From a virus, in IMG/VR virus record IMGVR_UViG_3300032286_000719, positions 32,001 to 96,000 of that record: DNA of 64,000 bases; one strand, written 5' to 3'. This document shows, piece by piece, positions 59,102 through 64,000 of this stretch; the first letter of the stretch is position 1, and each line of letters starts with the position of its first letter. The translations under genes were made by a program, and so were the position numbers. The notes below the pieces were generated by a model. It made no database searches. It saw only the letters and a program-made list of their open reading frames with translations, and was not told the DNA's origin.

Positions 59102-59295
59102 GTTCTTGTTGTTTTTTTATGGTCTTTCCAATCTAGCCAAAAGCCTATTGCCACTATGATATTCATTCCAAATGAAATTAAAATTTCATGCAAATCTTCA
59201 TAGATATTAATAGATAGGTGGATATGTCCTACCATCCAAAAAGGAATAGCAAGATTATTCGATATCCACCTAACTAAATAATTTATAAACTTCAT
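59098..59295 (-). CDS. Small membrane protein
   Basis: Two hydrophobic segments. Confidence 0.55.
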   Translation of the reverse strand: MKFINYLVRWISNNLAIPFWMVGHIHLSINIYEDLHEILISFGMNIIVAIGFWLDWKDHKKTTRT

Positions 59296-59301
59296 AGTCT
59301 A

Positions 59302-59309
59302 CAAAGATA
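59302..59309 (-). promoter_or_regulatory. Bacteroidota-type -7 element TATCTTTG
   Basis: TAnnTTTG 6 nt before the ATG at 59295, heading the polymerase operon. Confidence 0.55.
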
Positions 59310-59338
59310 ATTAAAAATATTATATTATTCTAACAGGT

Positions 59339-59806
59339 TTAGTTATTAAAATAGTATCTGATGTGATCAGAATAGATCACCACTTTCTTTGGTGTATCAG
59401 TGAATGAAATAATACTTGCAGGCACTTCAATACCTATTTCTGCAGGTTGTCTTTCAATGTTAGGATGTACAATCTCTTCACAGATCTCTTGTACAACAGG
59501 CACTTTACTTGTTTCAATGTCTAAATCCCATAGAGATCCTGGCATAGGTTGAAAGTCCATTGTAACAGCTTCTTGTATAATAGCTGGTCTTGGTGCTTTC
59601 TTTCTTACATAAGGTCTTTTAGTTGGACCTTCATAAGTGTTAACAATTTTTCTTGTCATCTTGGACAATCTTAAGACCTTGCTGTAAACTCCAGCTACTG
59701 GTCTATTCCATTCTTTTGCTAAATCATCAGCAATGATTGCTACAGGCTTACCTGTTCTGATTTCTTGTTTGATTTGATTAATCTGTTTTGGTGTGTAATG
59801 TTTCAT
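59339..59806 (-). CDS. Hypothetical protein with N-terminal HTH/Myb-like motif
   Basis: YTPKQI...IADDLAKEWNRPVAGVYSK. Confidence 0.5.
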   Translation of the reverse strand: MKHYTPKQINQIKQEIRTGKPVAIIADDLAKEWNRPVAGVYSKVLRLSKMTRKIVNTYEGPTKRPYVRKKAPRPAIIQEAVTMDFQPMPGSLWDLDIETSKVPVVQEICEEIVHPNIERQPAEIGIEVPASIISFTDTPKKVVIYSDHIRYYFNN

Positions 59807-59829
59807 GATTTAAAATTTATTTAGTTTAT

Positions 59830-60279
59830 TTATTCTTCTTCTAATCCATCGTTTAGTGTTTCATCCCAGTCATCAAGTTCTTCGTCTGGTACTAGAGATA
59901 ACACCACTTTATCTTCTATAAGAGTTACTCCCTCATCTTCATCACCATCAATATCAATATATCCATCAAACTCTCGTAATAGGTAATTGATATCATCTAA
60001 TGTGATGTCTCTGAGTTCATCTGTATGCTTTCCTTCATCCCACCAACCTATTTCATCATGTGAAGCAAGTAGGTTTCCATTCTCATCAATAATAGCAAGT
60101 TCTACAGGAACTCCATGTCTGCTCATAAATGAATCAGGGTCTTCAGGTAATTCTTCAAGCTCAAAGAGCTCAATGAATGGATCTATTACACCAACAGATA
60201 TTCTGTTGACGAAAAGCATACCTACCTCCAATTCTGGAGGCAGATAGCTCTTTACTACAATTTCAGCTGGATACCACAT
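59830..60279 (-). CDS. Acidic hypothetical protein
   Basis: 149 aa, strongly Asp/Glu-rich. Confidence 0.55.
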   Translation of the reverse strand: MWYPAEIVVKSYLPPELEVGMLFVNRISVGVIDPFIELFELEELPEDPDSFMSRHGVPVELAIIDENGNLLASHDEIGWWDEGKHTDELRDITLDDINYLLREFDGYIDIDGDEDEGVTLIEDKVVLSLVPDEELDDWDETLNDGLEEE

Positions 60280-60635
60280 TAGAACTTCACTTTAATTGGT
60301 TGTTCAGCTATTTGATATACAGAACGTACACTTGCAAGTCTCAACAATATATGAAGCTGTTCAGCTTCTAAATAGTCAATCTCTTTCTTAGTGCATACAC
60401 CAATAATCTGTATTCCATCACCTGTGTCTACTAATTGCATAGCCACTTGTTTCTTTAGATTATCAGCCCATTCTTCATCATCACTGAAGTATAATGTATG
60501 AACTGTTGCATGTTCTGCAGCTCGTAATTTATGATAATCATACTCATGTTTATCATTGATGTAGATCTCTTCTCTGTATAACACATCACTTGTGTTATCA
60601 ATTACATCTTGAATTTGTTTACTTAATGTTGCCAT
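60279..60635 (-). CDS. Hypothetical protein
   Basis: 118-aa coupled ORF. Confidence 0.55.
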   Translation of the reverse strand: MATLSKQIQDVIDNTSDVLYREEIYINDKHEYDYHKLRAAEHATVHTLYFSDDEEWADNLKKQVAMQLVDTGDGIQIIGVCTKKEIDYLEAEQLHILLRLASVRSVYQIAEQPIKVKF

Positions 60636-60652
60636 GTTTGTTTATTTAATAA

Positions 60653-60886
60653 TTAATAACCTGCTAGTTTAGATATCATGCCTTCTTGCTCTAATAGATA
60701 AGCAAGACTGCTTTCTTCTTTATTAGATAGTTTACTAATAGAGGAAATAAGACTAATTCTATCATAAGTAATGTTATCACCATACAGTGATTTTACATTT
60801 TTGCCTATTTCTAGGAGCTCTGAGACATTAAAATTGTCTATAGGATCTTCATTAAGATCCTGCCATTTACCATTTATTATTTTCAT
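60653..60886 (-). CDS. Hypothetical protein
   Basis: 77-aa ORF. Confidence 0.55.
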   Translation of the reverse strand: MKIINGKWQDLNEDPIDNFNVSELLEIGKNVKSLYGDNITYDRISLISSISKLSNKEESSLAYLLEQEGMISKLAGY

Positions 60887-61290
60887 TGTTCTTGATTTAT
60901 TTCTTGTTTAAATTTCTCTAACCATTGATTAAATGTAATTGCTTTATATGCTGAACTACTAAATTGAAAACGCATGTTTCGATAAGATGAGTACCAAGCA
61001 CATTCTAAATCTTCCTCACTATAACCTTGTTCTTGTTGAGCTAACCAATAACCATCAATAAAACATTTTTTATACATCCATTTATTTTCAGAATATGGTG
61101 GTATGTTTTCTTGAATATAATTTTCAGCAACTTCTTCAAGTGTTTCTTGTTTTGGTTTTTCAGGTCCACAGTCACAAGTTGTAGTATGACCACAATAGCA
61201 TTTTGTTTGTTCTTCCATATCTTCTAACAATCTATATTTATTTGCTTCTGTAGATAATAAGTGTTCTGTTTCATTTTGTTTTTGTTTCAT
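60883..61290 (-). CDS. Modular small protein with YefM-like N-terminal peptide, Cys cluster and YSEE module
   Basis: NETEHLLSTEANKYRLLE; CYCGHTTTCDC; ETLEEVAENY...FIDG...YSEED. Confidence 0.6.
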   Translation of the reverse strand: MKQKQNETEHLLSTEANKYRLLEDMEEQTKCYCGHTTTCDCGPEKPKQETLEEVAENYIQENIPPYSENKWMYKKCFIDGYWLAQQEQGYSEEDLECAWYSSYRNMRFQFSSSAYKAITFNQWLEKFKQEINQEQ

Positions 61291-61565
61291 AAGTTTTCTT
61301 TTTTATATATTTCTAATAGTTTTTCTACTGATATATTTTCAATTGGTTCAAATCTAATTTTTAAACACCACTCTGCAAATTCAATGGCGTAATCATCATT
61401 TAACTGCACAACAGAATCAAACCCTTTATCGTGCATTTCAATCATCTGTTGCTTTTCCATTTCTTTGGCATTATGAAATACTGCTTCGTTATACTCTATA
61501 TCTTGATTTGATATTGGATTTTCTAATAAGTTTTTATATAACCATTCTACTGCTGTTTGTTTCAT
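61287..61565 (-). CDS. Modular small protein (MKQTAVEWL type)
   Basis: TAVEWL...AKEMEKQQ; DDYAIEFAEW; LLEIYKKE. Confidence 0.6.
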   Translation of the reverse strand: MKQTAVEWLYKNLLENPISNQDIEYNEAVFHNAKEMEKQQMIEMHDKGFDSVVQLNDDYAIEFAEWCLKIRFEPIENISVEKLLEIYKKENL

Positions 61566-61566
61566 A

Positions 61567-61890
61567 TTATTTGTTTTTAAATTTGTTAAACCAACTAAAA
61601 AAGTTAGCTGGTCTTATTTCTCCTTGTGCTGTAACTAAACTACCTATTTCTCCATCATCTTTATGTGTAAGAGCTTTTTGTAATAGTTCAATTACTTCTT
61701 CCTCACTATAACTTCTTTCTTGTTGCCATTTAGCACCTTCAATAAAATCATTATAGTATCTATTGTTGTTGTCTTCTGCTATATACCTTTCAGCAGCATC
61801 TTTAAGTGCTTGGTTAGGAAGCTCAATAGTGTCTTCTAAACATGTACAATCTTCTAATGACTTATTACAATCTTTACATTCTTGTTTCAT
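61567..61890 (-). CDS. Modular small protein with Cys cluster and GAKWQQERSYSEEE module
   Basis: Start placed at MKQECKDC; AAERY...FIEGAKWQQERSYSEEEV. Confidence 0.6.
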   Translation of the reverse strand: MKQECKDCNKSLEDCTCLEDTIELPNQALKDAAERYIAEDNNNRYYNDFIEGAKWQQERSYSEEEVIELLQKALTHKDDGEIGSLVTAQGEIRPANFFSWFNKFKNK

Positions 61891-62071
61891 AATTAAAATC
61901 TGGTATATAATTAGGGTTAACAATTAAACTAATGCTGTCTATTGATTTAAACACTGTAGAAGCTGTAAACTTCTCTAGTGCTTCCATTATATTGTCTGCA
62001 TCAACAAATTTTTCTAGGTCTGTGGCTTCATCATTACGTTCTGCCCAATAACATATTAAATACTTTCTCAT
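61874..62071 (-). CDS. Hypothetical protein
   Basis: 65-aa ORF. Confidence 0.5.
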   Translation of the reverse strand: MRKYLICYWAERNDEATDLEKFVDADNIMEALEKFTASTVFKSIDSISLIVNPNYIPDFNYETRM

Positions 62072-62187
62072 GATGCTACAAGTTTAGGTGTACATACATG
62101 ACCATCACTCCATTTAATTGGTGGAGGTGGTGTTGTTTCTGGTGAGCGATATATTGTACCACACTCACTACATTCAAATTTATTCAT
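62068..62187 (-). CDS. Tiny zinc-ribbon protein (not in ORF track)
   Basis: 39 aa MNKFECSECG...PPPP..W.DGHVC, overlapping both neighbours by 4 nt. Confidence 0.55.
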   Translation of the reverse strand: MNKFECSECGTIYRSPETTPPPPIKWSDGHVCTPKLVAS

Positions 62188-62393
62188 GTTATATTTAATT
62201 TTTTAAAATTATCTTTTGCTTCTTCTGTTTCAAACCACATAAATTCAAGACATTTATAAACACTTAGATTTGTTTTCCAACAATCTTTAATATACTCTTC
62301 ATATTGGATAAAATCTTCATCAGTGTACTTGTAATCATCTTCTGTACGTCTGTCTTTTAGTCTTTGTAAGTAATCTTCAAATGTTTCTTTCAT
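62184..62393 (-). CDS. Hypothetical protein
   Basis: 69-aa ORF. Confidence 0.55.
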   Translation of the reverse strand: MKETFEDYLQRLKDRRTEDDYKYTDEDFIQYEEYIKDCWKTNLSVYKCLEFMWFETEEAKDNFKKLNIT

Positions 62394-62395
62394 AT

Positions 62396-62470
62396 TATAA
62401 TGTGATTTTATAGTTAAATTGTCAGGATAAACCTGATATATAGTATATAAATGATACTATAATGTGATTT
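62396..62470. repeat. Direct repeat TATAATGTGATTT (two copies) flanking a small inverted repeat
   Basis: Copies at 62396-62408 and 62458-62470; TCAGG-ataaa-CCTGA between them. Confidence 0.7.
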
Positions 62471-62480
62471 ATAAAAGAAT

Positions 62481-62503
62481 AAGGGCTCCACTACAGAGCC
62501 CTT
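62481..62503 (-). terminator. Probable intrinsic terminator
   Basis: AAGGGCTC-N7-GAGCCCTT stem followed on the minus strand by ATTCTTTT. Confidence 0.55.
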
Positions 62504-62515
62504 GAATTCCCCTCC

Positions 62516-62662
62516 TTAATAACCCAACTGTTCAAGTTGGTCTATATTGGCTTCCACAATGTACACACCCTGTGCCATTGTACATACAAATGCAATACAC
62601 ATTGCAAATGCTAATTGTCTGAACTGATAAAACTCAGTTGGTTTCATTTCGATTGTCTTCAT
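62516..62662 (-). CDS. Small hypothetical protein (not in ORF track)
   Basis: 48-aa ORF MKTIEMKPTEFYQF...LEQLGY. Confidence 0.55.
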   Translation of the reverse strand: MKTIEMKPTEFYQFRQLAFAMCIAFVCTMAQGVYIVEANIDQLEQLGY

Positions 62663-62692
62663 GTTATTTATTATTAAGGATTAAAAAATACA

Positions 62693-62893
62693 TTATAGGT
62701 TCTTTTCATTGATCACTTTCACCTTTGGTGATTGTGAGGCAGGAATAGAATGTGTGAGCTGTAACAAAGCAAGTCTAATAATAATATTAGCTGACTCATT
62801 AAGTGCTTTAGCTTTAGCAATTGATCTTTCACCTGATTCTAGTTTCTCATAGTTCTCAAGCATTTTTTCTGTTAGTTTTGTAATTGTTGACAT
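62693..62893 (-). CDS. Hypothetical protein
   Basis: 66 aa helical; overlaps the upstream Cys-rich gene. Confidence 0.5.
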   Translation of the reverse strand: MSTITKLTEKMLENYEKLESGERSIAKAKALNESANIIIRLALLQLTHSIPASQSPKVKVINEKNL

Positions 62894-63324
62894 AATCTGA
62901 AGGTTTTGATTTGAATTCGTTTTAGTTCTATTATTTCTTTTGGTACAGTTATACCTTTTAATGATTGACCATCTACTCTTAGTAAATTTTTAATATACTT
63001 GTCTGATAAATTAATAGTATTAGATTTGCTTTTCTGTTTTTCATATAATCTAATTTTTTCAGGATTAGTGATTCTTCTTAATCTATCAGTACTATTAATT
63101 TTTTCTCTATTTTCTTTTTTGTATTTACTATTATATTCTTTACGTCTAAAATTACGTTCTTTTAGTTTTAGTTTTACTTCAGGTTTACTATTTCTCTTTA
63201 CATGATAAACTCTTATGCATTCTTTACAGTTATAAGTTCTACCATCTTTAAAAGTATTATTGAGTGTAAACTCTGTTATAGGTTTACATTCTTTACATTT
63301 TGTGCATGTTTTAGTTATTTCCAT
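62872..63324 (-). CDS. Cys-finger basic protein (HNH-associated N-terminal type)
   Basis: KTCTKC...KP..EF...DG....CKEC; LSDKYIK..L...P.E.IELKR. Confidence 0.6.
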   Translation of the reverse strand: MEITKTCTKCKECKPITEFTLNNTFKDGRTYNCKECIRVYHVKRNSKPEVKLKLKERNFRRKEYNSKYKKENREKINSTDRLRRITNPEKIRLYEKQKSKSNTINLSDKYIKNLLRVDGQSLKGITVPKEIIELKRIQIKTFRLCQQLQN

Positions 63325-63348
63325 TCTTATTTAGTTATTAAAGATAAA

Positions 63349-63374
63349 TAAAAAAGCCTCTACAATAGAGGCTT
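63349..63374 (-). terminator. Terminator downstream of tmRNA
   Basis: Minus strand AAGCCTCTA-TTG-TAGAGGCTT followed by a T run. Confidence 0.8.
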
Positions 63375-63376
63375 AG

Positions 63377-63695
63377 TGGAGGTGGTGGGATTCGAACCCA
63401 CGTCCAAACTACGTTCATTAATACAATTTATACAGCTTATGGGGTCAAGCTCAGCTCAACGTTTCCACCACTCTATTTAATCTAATAGAGAAATCTTTTT
63501 AATTTAGGCTGCTACACCAATTTCTTCTCCCAATAGAGAGAATACTGCATTCATGTTAGCTTCGATTTGTGCGTTATCTGCTTCAGACACTACACGAGAA
63601 ATGTTTTTGCCATTTATTAAATTCACCTTAGTTTACAGTTATCTCTCTGGCTGATTGCATTAATTATTGGTAACCTGTCAAAACCAGTCACCCCC
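63377..63695 (-). ncRNA. ssrA: tmRNA (transfer-messenger RNA)
   Basis: 5' end GGGGGTGACTGGTTTTGACAGG; 3' end GGACGTGGGTTCGAATCCCACCACCTCCA; acceptor stem with G3:U70; internal tag ORF 63611-63504 ending VAA-stop; CCA not encoded. Confidence 0.93.
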
Positions 63696-63778
63696 ATTAC
63701 ACTTTTTACAGAAGTGTGAAACTGTTTAGCTTCTAACAGATTATAAGTTCTGACGCTTTACACAGCTTAGCTATTTTT

Positions 63779-63796
63779 TGTACATTATAATGTACA
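63779..63796. promoter_or_regulatory. Perfect 18-bp palindrome TGTACATTATAATGTACA
   Basis: Identical to its own reverse complement; lies upstream of the tmRNA. Confidence 0.6.
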
Positions 63797-63921
63797 TTTT
63801 GCATGCTTTTTAGTGTTTTTGTATAATATAATGTATAATATAGGTAAGTTCAGTGATACGCAGCACATACATTGACTATTTAAACTGCTTTGTGGCGATT
63901 ATAGTCCCCAGTGATTATACA

Positions 63922-63950
63922 AATCCCTGCAAATATAGTTTACAGGGATT
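63922..63950 (-). promoter_or_regulatory. Hairpin-embedded TATATTTG promoter motif
   Basis: Minus strand AATCCCTGTAAA-CTATA-TTTGCAGGGATT. Confidence 0.6.
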
Positions 63951-64000
63951 AATAAAACAAACAAATCAATACTTAAGTTCTTGTTTACCTGCTTCAGTAG

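Noticed and set aside
63377-63405. Stand-alone tRNA suggested by the GGTTCGAATCC T-arm
   Set aside because: The matching 5' acceptor strand is about 290 nt away with a tag ORF in between, so this is a tmRNA
1-64000. Stop-codon reassignment, as in some crAss-like phages
   Set aside because: Very long ORFs are open and genes pack tightly under the standard code; no suppressor tRNA was seen
1-64000. Prophage or integration features
   Set aside because: No integrase, repressor, att site or host genes were seen; the tmRNA is flanked by phage-type sequence and has its own terminator

Overview
This is a 64-kb segment of an AT-rich, apparently lytic crAss-like (Crassvirales-related) phage of a Bacteroidota host, with two convergent gene blocks. 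The + strand (1-34151) carries virion cargo genes, including a 4564-aa virion RNA polymerase polyprotein with the DFDID motif and a 1611-aa zincin-like/PD-(D/E)xK protein. It also carries a holin/spanin-like/M15 endolysin cassette, fibre and decoration proteins, a family of Thr-rich mucin-like proteins surrounding a GT95/GT96-like peptide O-glycosyltransferase, and a run of very basic Lys/Gly-motif proteins. The - strand (34180-63695) encodes a methyltransferase-GT2-GT11 cassette, GroES-like, PhoH, RecA, nucleases, rIIA/rIIB-like, UDG, primase, SSB-like, AAA ATPase, SF2 and DnaB helicases, PolB, many small modular early genes and a tmRNA. The best candidate for a new system is a phage-encoded mucin-type protein O-glycosylation (virion glycan shield) pathway. 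Other notable items are hairpin-embedded TAnnTTTG promoter motifs, a tmRNA with a 35-aa tag, a YefM-like peptide and a UDG whose catalytic Asp is replaced by Cys. All family assignments come from motif recognition by eye; no searches were run.
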